Below are positions 10,940-24,770 of a DNA stretch of 64,000 nucleotides, in pieces. This DNA comes from Leucoraja ocellata (taxonomy: Eukaryota). The DNA lies in assembly GCA_036785375.1 (NCBI GenBank), contig JAWMAR010000276.1, forward strand, positions 992,001-1,056,000, written 5' to 3'. The position numbers and the translations under genes are program-made. Every line of letters begins with the position of its first letter. The first letter of the stretch is position 1. Under the pieces are notes generated by a model. That model worked only from the letters and a program-made list of their open reading frames with translations, searched no databases and was not told the origin of the DNA.

Positions 10940-13900
10940 GTGAGGCGAGGCGTGCTGACGATTACATGCAGACTCTCAGCCCCGGGCTGGTTCCCCGTCA
11001 CTGATGCCAATGGGAGACTTTGTGGGACAAGCGAGGTTTCGGGTCGGGATCCTTCGTGGAGTCAGCCGATAAAATTGGTCTCAGATTTGGTTCAAACCTG
11101 TGGCGGAAGGACTAGAGCCGGCCCTAGATTTGTCCTGTTACACATCTTTCAGTCAATTGCTCGATGTAACTTTTCTAATCTCTCGTTTCCCTCTCCCCTC
11201 TTCTTCTTGCGTTTGGCGTGCACAGCCTAAAGTTGTAGGACAACTTGTTCTATTTGATTGTGCACGCCAGACTGATGACATTCGTAGAAACAGGGAAGGT
11301 TTAATTGCAACACGCGAAGGTTGCAATCTCCAATCTCCCCCCCCCCCCCTCTGACTCTCGGGAGTCTCGACCTGAAACATCACCTATTCCTTTTCACCAG
11401 ATATGCTGTCTGACCCGCTGAGGTACTCCAGCTTTTTGTGTCTATCGTCGGTGTCAACCAGCATCTGTAGTCCCTTCCCACACATTTTGCCTAGCAAAAT
11501 ACGTGTTGACTTGTGGATCAAGCGGTTCGGGCTTTGCAGCCAGCATATCTGACAGAGGGTGCCACGAGATGTATTGATTTGTTATTATCTCAATTATACT
11601 TATGGAATCTTCTGCTCTCTTTCCTCTTTCTTAACCCTTTGGGTCACGCATCTTCATCATAAGAAGAACCAGAGTACAATGTTTTTGGGTCAGTAGGTTA
11701 TGGATTTAAATCTTACTCCACAGGCTTGAATGCCAAAATGAAGGGACACTATAGTGCAGGAACTAAAGGGGTGATGACTAGTTAGACATGTCCTGGTTGT
11801 TTGGAACAGAGAATAGTATAGCACAGGAAAATACTTCAGCCAACAATGTTTGTGCCAAACATGATGGCAAGTCAAACTCTCTGCTGCCTGCATGAGATCT
11901 GTATCCATCCATTTCCTGCATACCAATTTTCCAATCTCCTAAATGTCACTATTTTATCTGCCTGCACTATCACACCTGGGTATTCAAGGCACCCACCACT
12001 CTCAGTGTAAAAAAATACTTTCCCCTCCTCTTTTAAACTTTTCTCCTCAAAGGTAGCCCCTCTTTATTTGATGTTGATGTCACCGTCGAGTGTCTAACTA
12101 TTCCTTTCCAATCTCCACAGGAACAACTGGTGGTAGTGGAACTGTCAGGGATTATCGACCCAGATTTCCTTTTGAAGTGTAGGAATGAATGCAAAATTGT
12201 GGTAAGTGGGTGATAAAGTACTGCATGAGTTGTTTAGGCCTTCTCTGTTGCACTTAAACTAGAGGAACAGCACGTTGTATTCTTCTTGGATAGCTTGCAT
12301 CCCAACAGCATGAACATTTGAATTCTGCAATGTATAGCAATACCCCAGATGAGAGAGCAGGTGTATTTTGTCCCATGCTCCAAGGCTCCAGCTTGTGGAG
12401 TTTACTGGTCATGTCCGTTAGTGTTGTGGGGAAAAGAGATAGCATTGCTGTCATTAGTTCATTATGTCACTACTGTTGTATCAAGTAACACATGGGACAC
12501 AAAGCTAACTAGATGGATTTTATTATTTTTGTTTCTAGCTGATTTGTAGTCCTGTGACTGTTAAGTAGATTCAAGTTTTATGAGGTCTGCTCAATTGGGT
12601 TTACTTAAACAATGTCTAATTCATCACAAGCATTTAACCTTTCCTTTTTTCTCCCCAGGGTATAGATACTGAGCAGCCTATCATGCAGGTGGACAGATGT
12701 GTTTTTGCTGGAGAGTATGAAGGCCAGTATTTTACTACTTTGTGTTTCTGGGGCAGAGTGTGTGGATGTCACTGCATTGTTTGGTGGTGTGGATGAATAT
12801 GTCACATGGACCAGTTTCAGGTCCTAAATGCCAGCAAAATCCTGAGCATGATCAATAGCATTTTATGACCTTGAACACTGGGGCATCCTATCCGACGGAC
12901 TAATGGGAATAGCTTCACAATAGAGTACAGCAATCAGGTGGGTTACTGAGAAAGACTAAATGCTGCCTTACTATCACATAAGAAAGAGTTGAAGGGTGTT
13001 TTAGCTGACATCCAGCATCTGGAGAGTGTCCAAAGTGGAGCAGTTCAGCTGTGAGGATTGCCATGCATGAGTTGTTTAATAAAGAATGGAAAAACCTCAA
13101 ACAATTGCTTCAATTTCCTATTTATGCCTCTTCTGGGTGTAACACATCATCAGGATTTCTGCTTAACTTGTTTATTGTATGAAACAAGATTGTTGAAGGG
13201 AGATTAAATCATGGTAACTGCCAGGGAAAGTATGCACCAAAAAGCAAACTAAGGTTTTAATGTGTGTGTATACCCGTGTCAATTGCTGAATTGCTACTAA
13301 TTTGCACTGCCTATTTTGTTACAGATGTCCTGGGAACATGTGTGATATTTGAAGAGACTTCTGAGCCAGGTGAGTGTGACTTGTTTTAAAAACATGTTTT
13401 CCAGAGATGCTGCCTGACCCACTGAGTTACTCCAGCACTGTCATTTTTTGTATACCAGCATCTGCAGTTTCTGGGACATCATCAGGATTTAAAAAAAAAA
13501 AATTCTGCATAGGATTTGTCATTGCCAGCAAGGACACCATTGATCATTTTTTCCTACAGGCCTTTGAGAAGCCCCTTGGGTCTTTTGTTGAGGGGATGGA
13601 CAGAAAGCTTTATAAAAGAGCCAAAAGGCAAAATAACCATCAGGATGAAAAAAACGGTTTGATTTATTAAAGACTATACTTCTAATGTATTTGTATATTT
13701 CAATTGGACAAATAGACCTAATGTTATTTATCCACTTTGTATGGCGAAATATTCCAAATGCCACTCGCTCTTGAAATCTTTGGTTGTATAATGTACTACT
13801 TGTGGTGACCAATTAATGCAGAGCAAGTTACTAAGCCAGAATAGGAGCGGCTGTTGGGGGTTCAGTTTATTTTAGTTTAGAGATACAGCACGGAAACAGG

Positions 13901-16900
13901 CCCTTCAGCCCACCTAGTCCGCACTGTACACAGATCCCCACACATTAACACTAACAGACACACACTTTTACATTTATACCAAGCGAATTAACCCACAAAC
14001 CTGTACGTCTTTGGAGTGTGGGAGGAGACCTAAGATCTCGGAGAAAACCCATGCAGGTCACAGGGAGAATGTACAGACAAGCACCTGTAGTCGGGATCGA
14101 CCTCCGGTCTCTGGTGCTGTACCGCTGCACCACTGTCCTGCCCTTGCATTGGTGAAGTATCCTTAATTATTGATTGAAGAATAAATAAGAAGCGATGAAA
14201 AGGAATTTCATTTTATTAACTTATCTGGAGGAAAAAAGTGCTCCATCAACAACATAGTGCTCACTCAGGGCTGTGCTACAGTTTATTTTGAAATTATATT
14301 CTCAGATGTCTACATTGTACCTTGAACCCATTGTCTTTTGACTCATTGTGTTTGGTAAATAACCGGATTTAGACAACAGAGTATGTATAGCAAGGTAGAC
14401 ACAAAAAGCTGGAGTAACTTAGCAGGACAGGCAGCATCTCTGAAGAGAAGGAATGGGTGATGTTTTGTATTGAGACCTTTCAGACTGGTTGGGGATATGG
14501 GAAATGACATATAGACGGTGATGTGGAGAGATAAAGAACAATGAATGAAAGATATGCAAAAAAGTAACGATGATAAAGGAAACGGGCCATTGCAAACTGA
14601 TTGTTGGGTGAAAACGAGAAGCTAGTGTGACTTGGGTGGGGGAGAGAGGGAGAGAGGGAGGGAGGGAATGCCAGGGCTACTTGAAGTGAGAGAAATAAAT
14701 TATACCACTGGGCTGCAAGCTGCCCAAGCAAAATATGAGATGCTGTACCTCCAATTTGCGTTTATTCTCACTCTGACAATGGAGAAGACCGAGGTATGTG
14801 TGGTAATGGGAAGGAGAATTAAAGTGTATAGTAAGGTATTTCATTACACTACCAAATAAGGCACACACACTCGCATATCCACATTCGCACTCGCAAACAC
14901 AGAGTACACAGTAAAGTGCGCCCCCGGGTGGTGACCTGTTAGCGATCAGCTGGCACCCTTCATGACATGATCCAAGGCCGGTTCAAAGATGCGACCGATC
15001 TCACATTTCTGGTGATATTGCAGTGTGTTAACTTGCATTGAGTTAACCAGTAATTTGCCTGTTCCTTCATTCAGTTGGGGACTGGGAAATTGAGGCTCTG
15101 GCAGGAAATCTCAATAGCACAGCAAAGTGTAATGTTCCATAATTGTTGCATTGCAGATTCAGAGATAGAGGATAAACTGTTGCTTCAGTACAAATATCAC
15201 ACAGTAAAAAAGTTGCTGATGAAGCGAACCTTCTTGAGTGAGAAGAAGGAAGGAGAGGAGAACACAGGTTAGAATTTATTTTTTCCTGATGCCTTTCCTT
15301 GAAAGGCAACTGTTTAAATAGTTATGCAAACTAATTGGCTCTCTGATCAGCCATCACTGTTTGTCCTCTCCTGTGTTAGCCAGTGCAATATGAGTTGGCT
15401 CTCTGCTTGAACCGCACGTTTACTTCCTGCTGACCCGTTCTTTATCCTTCCCAATACTGTGTGCATTCCAACAGTGGCTGTTCAATCTGGTTCATTTTTG
15501 CACAATCTCGAGGATATGGATCATCTGCAGGCAGATGAGATTAGTTTATCTTGGCTTCATGTCTGGCACAGCAATTGTGGGCTGAATAGTCTGATTCTGT
15601 ACTCCATTACCTTGCCCAGCCAGAGCCAAGTGTCCTGGGCTGAAATCAAAGTGATGCAGGGTAGAGGTAGCTCTGCTCTATCGCAGCTTTCCATAATATG
15701 AATTGGATATAATGCAAGTTATGAATTAGGGAACATTATTTGCATTACACAGGCTAACTTAGTTAGAATATGATTTTGATTTGGACCTAAAGAACCACTT
15801 AAAAGATCCTTTGGAAATTGGCAAGCAGAAGAAAAGTTGTCTTGGATATAGATGCTACAGTATACAGGGGAAATAAATATTTCCATGTAACCTATCCGCA
15901 GTAATCGTCTCCATTGTCTCAGAGAACATAGTACAGCACAGGAACAGGCCCTGTTGCTCACAATGTCCATATGGAATTTGATACCAAGTTAAATTAATCT
16001 CTGCCTGCACACGATCCATGTCCCTCAATTTCCTTCATATCTATGTGCCAATCCAAAAAATCTCTAAATGCCACTATCGTATCTGCCTCCAGCATCGTCC
16101 CTGGCAACCTACTACATTGTGACTGTCTATCTTATCTATGACTCTTATAAATTTATCATCTGCAAACTTACTAACCGACCCGTCTATGTTTATGACCAAG
16201 TCATTTTTATGTATCACAAACAGCAGAAGTCCCAGACATGAGGCCCTTGGTTCTCTCTACTTCCTTACCCTTTCATATTCAGCAGCCCTCTAAGAACACT
16301 TTATCCTTCAATTATAATAATATAATAATAAATTTTATTTATGGGCGCCTTTCAAGAGTCTCAAGGACACCTTACAAAAATTTAGTAAGTAGAGGAAAAA
16401 CATGTAAGGGGAATTATGTCTCGAATTATACCTTGAAATGATTTGTACAATATTGGCAGCCATAGCTGTAGCATTTGCCATTTATTATGATCTCAAGTAG
16501 TTTAGTACATGGGTTTGGCAATTAATCCTCCTGTCAGGTACCTTTTTCTCTGATAAATTTATAAATCTACTCTACTTTATAAATTACAGTAGCTTGGGGA
16601 TTGAAGTTAAAGTATAGGAGGTAAATCCAAAATAGTACTTTTAAATCGATCTTGGACACTTTTGAAAAATAGTTTGGCAAAGTTTTATTATTGCATATGA
16701 TCCCCCTGGAGGTAGTGGAGATTCATATTCTGGAAATATTTAAGGTAAATCAAACAATGCCCTGGACAAGAAATGTTTGAATGTGTATTAAGGTGATCTA
16801 AATTGATGTGTTCATTCATTTATTGATCGACAAGTATCTGATATGAATAAAGCAACTACAACAGTGAATGGGAATCTTCTCTTAGTGATATTCTGAGACT

Positions 16901-17587
16901 GTTTTAGAAACAAAATGCTCATGTCGACATTGGTTAATGGCTGAATATTGTTCAGAACACCCTTTTGTTATTTCCCCTGAAAATGCTGGTGAGGTCGAAC
17001 ATCTCATCTGAAAAATTGGCAGTGCACCATTCCCTTGAGTTACTCTGTCCAGTTAGTCTAGACTTTGCGCTCATAGCTTTGGAATGGGACTTAAAACTTC
17101 TTACCAGATGCAGGAGTGTCACACATTGTCTGTGGTTGGAAATGGATCGTTTGGTTCTGGCAGCTGTTAGTTTTGCCCCATTTGTTTCCGTCTTTTGAAG
17201 CATATATTTTGTAACAACTTGTTATGGTGATTTTAATTTTGTTTTCATCCAGGGAGGATAGAGTACTTGAAGATCAAGGAGAATGATTTCACACGTAGAG
17301 GCGGTTTGATCTGCAGCTTTGTTCCAAACCGCAGCAGCTTGGTGGACGCTGGGGACAGGGTGATATCTGAGGAGGGTCTTGATTTGATGACGATGCAGGA
17401 TCAAGAGCCTAACGTTAGCTCGGGCTCGGAGCCTGAGGTTAGTGACCTGGAGAATGGAGGCACAAGTCAAGAACTGAATCGCCTCATGGATGAAAATCCC
17501 AGTGGAGGGAATGTGTCTACATCTGATGCTGAGGATGGTGTAATGGAACTTATAAATCAGAGTTCGGAGGAACCTGACGTAAAGTGA
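10877..17587 (+). CDS. GTF3C6: General transcription factor 3C polypeptide 6 (TFIIIC35), 6 exons, 232 aa
   Basis: join(10877-10939,12121-12201,12659-12722,13325-13369,15157-15267,17253-17587) = 699 nt, reading MAAQ...EEEEQLVVVELSGIIDPDFLLKC...GIDTEQPIMQVDRCVFAGEYEDVLGTCVIFEE...KYHTVKKLLMKRTFLSEKKEGEENTGRIEYLKIKENDF; matches vertebrate GTF3C6 from memory. Confidence 0.95.
11199..11340 (-). mobile_element. Mini-retroposon family A (degenerate HDV-like ribozyme head, 3' hairpin, AAG tail)
   Basis: Reverse complement is homologous to 34822-34946: gattgca-acc-ttcgcgt...ccct-g-tttcta-cgaa-tgtcatc...cgcaagaagaag. Confidence 0.75.
12121..12201 (+). CDS. GTF3C6: GTF3C6 exon 2
   Basis: ccacag|GAACAA...ATTGTG|gtaagt; EQLVVVELSGIIDPDFLLKCRNECKIV. 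Confidence 0.95.
12659..12722 (+). CDS. GTF3C6: GTF3C6 exon 3
   Basis: ccccag|GGTATA...GAAG|gccagt; GIDTEQPIMQVDRCVFAGEYE; needs a GC donor to stay in frame with exon 4. Confidence 0.9.
13325..13369 (+). CDS. GTF3C6: GTF3C6 exon 4
   Basis: ttacag|ATGTCC...CCAG|gtgagt; DVLGTCVIFEETSEP. Confidence 0.93.
13862..14143 (-). mobile_element. tRNA-derived SINE (HE1/V-SINE-like)
   Basis: tRNA-like head with B box (gatcgatcc), V-core-like body, CR1-like tail with (ctaaa)n. Confidence 0.8.
14398..14824 (-). mobile_element. Penelope-like 3' fragment
   Basis: Near-identical to 8210-8650; flanked by tgtatag(c/t)aaggta repeats. Confidence 0.8.
15157..15267 (+). CDS. GTF3C6: GTF3C6 exon 5
   Basis: ttgcag|ATTCAG...ACACAG|gttaga; DSEIEDKLLLQYKYHTVKKLLMKRTFLSEKKEGEENT. 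Confidence 0.93.
17253..17587 (+). CDS. GTF3C6: GTF3C6 exon 6 (acidic C-terminus, stop)
   Basis: atccag|GGAGGATAGAGTAC...; GRIEYLKIKENDFTRRGGLICSF...EEPDVK*. Confidence 0.92.
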
Positions 17588-18729
17588 ACGCCTGCAATGT
17601 TGGCTGCAATTCTACTGAGAGTACTGTTGACAACCATTCCTTTCTGTCTCCTTATGCCTGCCCTATTGATGGCAAAGGCTTTGAAAATCAAGTGGATAAA
17701 CAGCCACAGTTTCTGGATTTTGGTTGCCTTTGTCCAGTTCACAGATGCCCATACATTATACACATGAGCAGGAGTGTGATGACTGAGATAGAGATGGCAC
17801 AAGAGACTTAAATACTTTTTTATTTAATGTATTTTATAATCAGGGTGAGAGTACTTTGAACAGTGCTGGTGAATGGCTCTATCTGTGTTTTGGGAATACT
17901 TTTAAATTGTCTTTGTCTTTGAAATTTGACAAAGCTTTTTTTATATGAACCATTCAACCCTGGAGGTGCATGGACATTTTCTCCCTTCAAATTCCTCTCA
18001 TACTCGTGTTGGGTTTAACGTCTTCTCAGAGAACGGTTTGGTGTGATTAAATCATCCAGCTGTTCCCTGCCCTGTTTTAATGTACATCAGAGGCCTCTGC
18101 TGCTCCTATCAACTGCCATTATCTAGGATTGCCCAAAATACCTTTTTTTCCCCTCGTGTCCCAACATCCTTTATCTGTGTTCATTAAGGAAGCACGGCTA
18201 TGTGAAGGCCAGAAACAAGGAACCGCGGATGCTGGTTTACCAATGAAAGACATGAAATGCTGGAATAATGTAGTGGGTCAGGCAGCATGCCTGGAGAATG
18301 TGGAAAACTAGCGGTGCTAGTTCTATTTCAATACGTTGGAACTATAGACATCTGCGGAAAATGTTGAAGAATCTTTATACATTTTGTGGGTAGCAGTTTT
18401 ATCCAGTCCAGCATTTCACTCTGGTACCTGCCGAATTTTGGAGCCTGCTGTGCTTCGGTGATCTCCTGGTACAGCTCCTGCCCTATGGTTGGATTCTGCC
18501 TCCAGCAGCAAACACATTGGCAGCTTGAGAACTGATAATGTAATAGAAGTAGCTGTGAGGCAGCATTGAATGTTGAAAGGACGATTGATTGTTGGAGAGC
18601 AGAAATGAATGCAATGCCTTGTTAACAGTTTAAATTCTGGCAGTCCCTGTGATGCTGGAACACCATTCTGATGCGCTTGAATATACATACAGAAAAAACT
18701 CTCGATACTGGTATCCAATTGTTCAGAAA

Positions 18730-19110
18730 GTGTGTAGGAAGGAACTGCAGATGCTGGTTGACACTGAAGATAGACACAAAATGCTGGAGTAACTCAGCGG
18801 GACCGGCAGCATCTCTGGATAGAAGGAATGGATGAAATTTCAGGTCGAGACCCTTCTTCAGATTGAGAGGGAGGAGGGAGACCCAGATATGGAAGGGTAA
18901 GGTGTGAAAATGAGATATTAAAGGGGAGAAAGTTCAAGGAAAATTAGAATAGATCATTGTTAGTTAAGGGAAGGTGACAACGAGGCACATAAAGATAAAA
19001 TGTAATCGGGAGGACAATCAGACTGGTGGGTGAACAAGGATGGGGTTAGAGGAATCAATATTCATACCACTGGGTTGTAAGCTGCCCAAGTGAAATATGA
19101 GGTGCTGCTC
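18730..19110 (-). mobile_element. Penelope-like 3' fragment
   Basis: Same terminal module and atcaatattcataccactggg segment as 8206-8600. Confidence 0.75.
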
Positions 19111-20084
19111 CTCATGAGATGGTCCAGTGTCTGACCTGCTCATAAGTCCTGCATGTGATTCAGGAGTTCAGAGTGTAAGCCAATTGTTCAACCAGAGCCA
19201 ATGATCCAGAGTACTGCTGGGGTTGGAATCTGGGAAGAGGGGCTGGGTGTATTACTGGAGCCTGTTGGGATTCAGAACACTAGTTGACAGGAATGTTTGC
19301 AGCCAGAGCCAGGGTCCTGAGTACATGTATATTTACTGTTTCCCGTGAAGTCATTTGGTTTGCTGTATAATATTATACAACTGCGTAACATGTTTTTCAA
19401 AGAAGTAAAATGAAAGTTAATTTTTTGTTACTCACATCCTATGTTTTTGATAATCTAAGATCATTCAGAGCTGGTATCAAAGAATAAAAAATCAAGCTTG
19501 CTTTTGTGCAACATGTTCAACATTTGCTTTACTGGGGAACCAAATCTTTAGCTTCCTCCATCTAGAAGAACAGACAATTGGCAGGAGTGCCATCTTCTCC
19601 ACCCTCCTCCCTCTTTGCTGGGTCAAAATTCCTGAACAGCCTAACAGCCTCTTTATGCATACTTCTGTGGCTCAACACTGTCTTAAGCCAATTAAGATGT
19701 ATTGGCATTATTAGACTACCTACACCTTAAAAGCAATAGAGATGCCACCAATGTTATTCAATAAAATTCTGAATTCACTTGGCAGGATAAGCAACTCAAA
19801 GTTAGTGTCATTTTCCAATCCAACGTCTCCAATATAGATGCTCTACACACAGTGGCTCCAATAGGCAAGCCTAATCAGTTGCACGACTGAGACCAAACCA
19901 TTGAAATAGGCGGTCTACTTTGAACTCCCAACATGGCAAGAGTTCTCCAAGTGGGCAGAAGAAGGATGTTCTCAAAGCCCCCTTGAAAAAGTGTAACTGA
20001 CATCATATGGGGAATCATTGGCACTTGACTGCTCAAAATGGAAAGGGACCATATGGCATGGCACTATATTTCTTTCCTTTGTTA

Positions 20085-20435
20085 AGGAATACAAAATTGC
20101 TTGCTGGCCTTCATCTAGCAGAATATTGAGTATAGAAGTTATGTTACAGTGCTAAAGACATTGGTGAGGCTGCACTTGGAGTATCATGCTTAGTTTTGGT
20201 TACCCTGTTACAGGAAAGATACCATTGAACTGGAAAGATTGGTGAGGTTCCTGAACTATAAGGAGAGGTTGAGTAGGCTAGAACTTTATTCCTTGGAGGT
20301 CAAGAGATTGAGGAACAATTTTATAAAGGTGTAAAATGTTTTTTTTTTTTAAATGGACCAAAATGTAAGGGAATCAAGAATTAGGCATAGGTTTAAGATG
20401 AGAGGAGAAAAGCGTGGCAATGTTTTCACACAGAT
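20085..20435 (+). mobile_element. Degenerate CR1 fragment
   Basis: ttggtgaggctgcacttggagtat... (LVRPHLEY-like) and a 3' ORF2 remnant. Confidence 0.7.
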
Positions 20436-22167
20436 TTTTTACAATTTTGTGTGAATTGGTTTGAATTTTTTCAATTATTTTGAAAGATACCTCAAAACTA
20501 CAGTGACTGCAATAACTGCATGTAAAAAAGAGCAAAACCAAAATACTAAAGAATAATGTTACATTTATTAAATGAGAAATTCAATAATAAATCAGATGAT
20601 AATTGAATAAACTCATAAGAAAATATATATTGAAAGAAGACCAATCATATATATTAAAGGGTTTAAAGACACCATATGATTTTAATTAAGAACAGCAGAT
20701 ACATTACAAAATAAAAGACCACTAAATGACTGCCAGGCTGATTCTCTATCACAAATCTACCTTTCTTCCTGATCCCCATATCTTAGATACTTATAACACT
20801 AAGGGCCATTTGGCCCATTATAATCATGTTGGATGAAAGAATCATCCATGTTCTTGTTCTTAGTCAATAGCCTGGTAGGTTACAACACACCAAGTCCTCA
20901 ACCAAAAAACATTTTAAATGTGGCATAAGTTTCTGTTCCACTGACGCTTTCCTACCCATCATCCAACACAACCAAATGTTGTATTATCTATAGAATAATC
21001 ATGGCTTCAACACTTAAATCTAAATCACTTAAAGAATTTTAAAAAAAATCATAGAAAGCAAATGATGGGCACCAATCCCTGTGGCATGCCATTGCATGCA
21101 GTCTTTATTCACTAAAACACAATAAATTAACTTTTTAACCAAGCTTACCACTTTCCCCATGATCTCAAAGATTTGTTTTTCCTGAGCAACATCATATGAA
21201 ACAAAATTCAAATCATACTATACGTGAGCACAATCAATCCATACTCATGTACAACAGGTAACGCAAAGAGAAAAATACCAGCGTACAGAATATAGTGTTA
21301 TAGCATTACAGTTTGTGAGAAATGTTCTCAATGACCAAATACTAACAGCCTTCCGGGGAAAAAAAAGAATGCATTCACAAATCTCTTTTTTAAACAGGTG
21401 ATAGTAGGGATGATAGGCTCAAAACATCCCCAACCATTCATAGCTTTACCATCCAACTTTATCAACAAAACAGATAGAGTAACAAAGTTGCTTCTTTTGA
21501 ATGGACAATTGGTAATTTCACACACGGAAAATTACAGATAGGACTGGATTACGGCAGGATGTTCTTGTATAAGATGCTTTTCTAGAAATGCGAGAATCTT
21601 TTTCCATGAATCCTCCTGAGCATCTGCATGAGGTTTAGTTGTTCCTCCCCACAATACTCTAACTGTAAGGAAAAAATGGCATTACAAAAAAAGTTAAATA
21701 TTAGATTGAGGTAGGTATGGTTTCCAAGTCAATATTACTGCTGGAGTCCAACTCTTGTAAATTTTAGAAAAATAACCCATTGTTCTTGAGCAAAACAGCT
21801 TCCTGAAATGTGGTCAATTTCTGTTCATTCTATCTGCAAAGCAGTGGCTTTCACAAAGCTCCTAAGAAAGCAACCATTTTGCGTGCACTCCACTCGAATC
21901 TACATAATTCTATCCATATTTCTCTACCTTTGAGTTATGATGGTTGGTGAAGAATTATACAATAATTGATAATTCCAAGAATAGATCTTCAGTATGTCAT
22001 TAATCAATTCAACCAACCAACCAACCCAATTTTCAAGTATTTCCTAAATGTACCCTGAAGCAACTGGGCATAGCTCATTTGGTTGTAAAGAGATGTGGGG
22101 GGTGCTTTCCGAACTGCCAAATTACAAGAAGGAGCTGCTCTAACTTCAAGTTGCTGAACATAATATC

Positions 22168-22815
22168 AAGTTCAAGTTCAAATTTATTTGTCACATTTAT
22201 TTGTCACGTGCAGTGAAATGTAATTTACCATGCAGCGTTACAAAGGACACAATACACAACATCATTCAACACAGACATCCACCACAGCATTCTTCACTGT
22301 GGTGGAAGGCAATATAGTTCAGACAGTCGTCCTCCTCCTCCTCCCTTGTTCACCTGTGGTCAGGGCTCTGATTCTCCGTAATCGCCGCTACGGACGGCCC
22401 GATGTTCAAGCCCTCTGGTCGGGCTGGTCGGAACGCTGACATCGGGACAGGTCAAGCACACCCTGCTCCCAGTCAGCCACCTCCTTACCGGAGACTGTGG
22501 CTTCCAGATGTTGTAGGCCGGGGATCGGCCACCCCTCGATGGTAAATTCCACTCCACACCTGCCACCAGAAGCTCCACAGACCGAGGCTCCAAGATGTTG
22601 TACGCCGCAGGCCAGCGTTGAGAGCGCTTCTACGGCGACCCCAGGCAAGGGGGTCTGCGAAGTTAAAGTCCCCACTGCGCCGCAGCAGAAGCTCTGGGAC
22701 TGCGATGTTAAAGTCCTGTTGCCTCGCCACTGAAGCTCTGGGCCCGACTCCGGGAAAGGCCACACCAAACCAGCTGTAAGGCCGTGAGGAAGAGACGAAG
22801 AAGCAACAAGGAAGA
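22168..22815 (-). mobile_element. GC-rich non-autonomous retroelement with Rex1-like 3' tail
   Basis: (aagttc)n/tttatttgtcac tail; shares a ttgccttccaccacag...ctgtggtgga module with 45048-45878 and 47828-48528. Confidence 0.6.
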
Positions 22816-24244
22816 ATAGGGAGGTTTGAAGTATTGTTTTAATCCATGGGAGGCATCCAAAGATCTATGCAAATAATGTTGGCAAGTCTGTATGCAGAAT
22901 TAAACAAATCACTCAATTTCTAACCCAGTTTCCTTCCTTGCCTTTCCTCATCGCCTTCACACATAAACTTCACAGACACGGGTAAACTGGTAAGTATTAA
23001 ATTGAAAGAACATTTGTTAAGGAAGAGGCTTGCATGCATCATAAAATCAACCCTTGGCATCTCTATCCCGCACATTACTAATCCTTCTCCATCTCCATTT
23101 CCTATTTAAGAGATAGTAATACTTAGAATAGTCTTGCTCTAGGAATGCACTGCATTATGAATGATCCACTACAGTGAGATCCAAAAGGAGAGGCGGTGTG
23201 CCCCTGTCTCACTAAACAGGTTGAATTTAAGCTTCACCACAAAGAATAAGTTTGCCATCTGAACCAATAGTGAGAATAAATTATATTCTCCAAGACAATG
23301 CCACTTTGATGGATCATTATATTCCTCTTGCTATGGCAGGAATTTAGGGATCCCCGGCCTAAATCTCTTCACATCAATGTTCACATCCTTGCATCCCTGT
23401 TGTTCTTCTCATCCTTGTATCCCTGTAGTTAGCACATATTCCCCAGCCAAGAATGGGCCAATATGGACACCCTTTCTGAGGCCCTGTTTTGTTCTGGCCT
23501 TCTCTATCTTTCAGTCTGAAGAAGGGCTCCGATCCGAAATGTCACCTATTCCTTTTCACCAGAGATGCTGCCTGACCTGCTGTGTTACTCCAGCATTTTG
23601 TGATAATCATTGTTATAAACCAGCATCTGCAGTTCCTTCCTACACTAAATTTCTTGCTAGGCTTGCACCATGAACAGAAACATTTTGGCCATTAATCAAA
23701 AATCTGAATACAGGATCTTGCTATACAAGAACTGCTTGGTACATTTTCCTAAATAACAGTAAACATCCTTCAATGTATTTCACAGAATTCAAGCCACCTT
23801 GATATACATGAATACATACTAAACTACTTACCATCATATTTTTCATGTTATGAAATCAGGTAGGGACAAAAAAGAAAATGAGATAAAGGTTTGCGAATAA
23901 TTGCAGTAAATTCCACAAGGAACACGAGGTGAAAGGAAATAAAGACAAAGGATGGAATATTATCACTCTGCAGCACTGCATTCCATTACCTGGTGGAAAG
24001 AATAGTGTTCCAACGACACGGCCCTCTTTGAACTCTAACCTGGTGGTGCCTGGGGCCATATAAAAGCGTTCTAATACAACTGATGCCAGAACTGCATCCT
24101 TGGCAAAATTACTGGAAATCCAACCATCATAAACTGAAACAGTTACTGTAAGTGGAGTGGTTGCATCCTTCTTCCTTAACCTAAAAGGTAAATTGGTAAA
24201 ATTAAGACATAAAACCTATACCCAAACGGGGAGAGGGGGGAGCG

Positions 24245-24770
24245 AGGCAGATGATACTAAAGTGGGTGGTATCACCGATAGCAAAGATGATTATTAAAAA
24301 TTACATCAGGATTTTGATCAATTAGGCAAGTGGGCTGAGGAATGGATAATGGAGTTTAATGCAGATAAGTGCATGGTGTTGCATTTTGGAAGTTAATCCA
24401 GGGCAGGACCTTCACAGTTAAATTCAGGGCCCTGGGGAGCATTGCGGATCTGAGAGATCTCGGAGTGCAAGTACATAGTTGCTTGAAAGTGGTCTCACAG
24501 ACTGAGGATGGTCAAGAAGGCTTTTGGCGCATGGGGCATTAGTCAGTTTATCAAGTACAGATGTTATGTTACAGTTGTACACCCTGCATTAGGAAGGATG
24601 TTTTTAAGATGGAAAGAATGCAGAGAAGATTTACGAGGGTGTCGCCAGGGCCTGATGGCCTGAGCTATAGGGAGGGGTTGGACGGGCTTGGACTAATGTA
24701 GATTGGGCACAATCATCCCGGGATGGGCAAGTTGGGCCAAAGGGGCTGGTTCCGTCCTGTATGATTCTAT
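24245..24770 (+). mobile_element. CR1 fragment
   Basis: gcagatgatactaaagtgggtgg (ADDTK.GG) RT motif and a CR1 3' tail. Confidence 0.75.

Noticed and set aside
14870-15060. CpG-containing intronic stretch considered as a snoRNA
   Set aside because: No properly placed C/D or H/ACA boxes with terminal stems found
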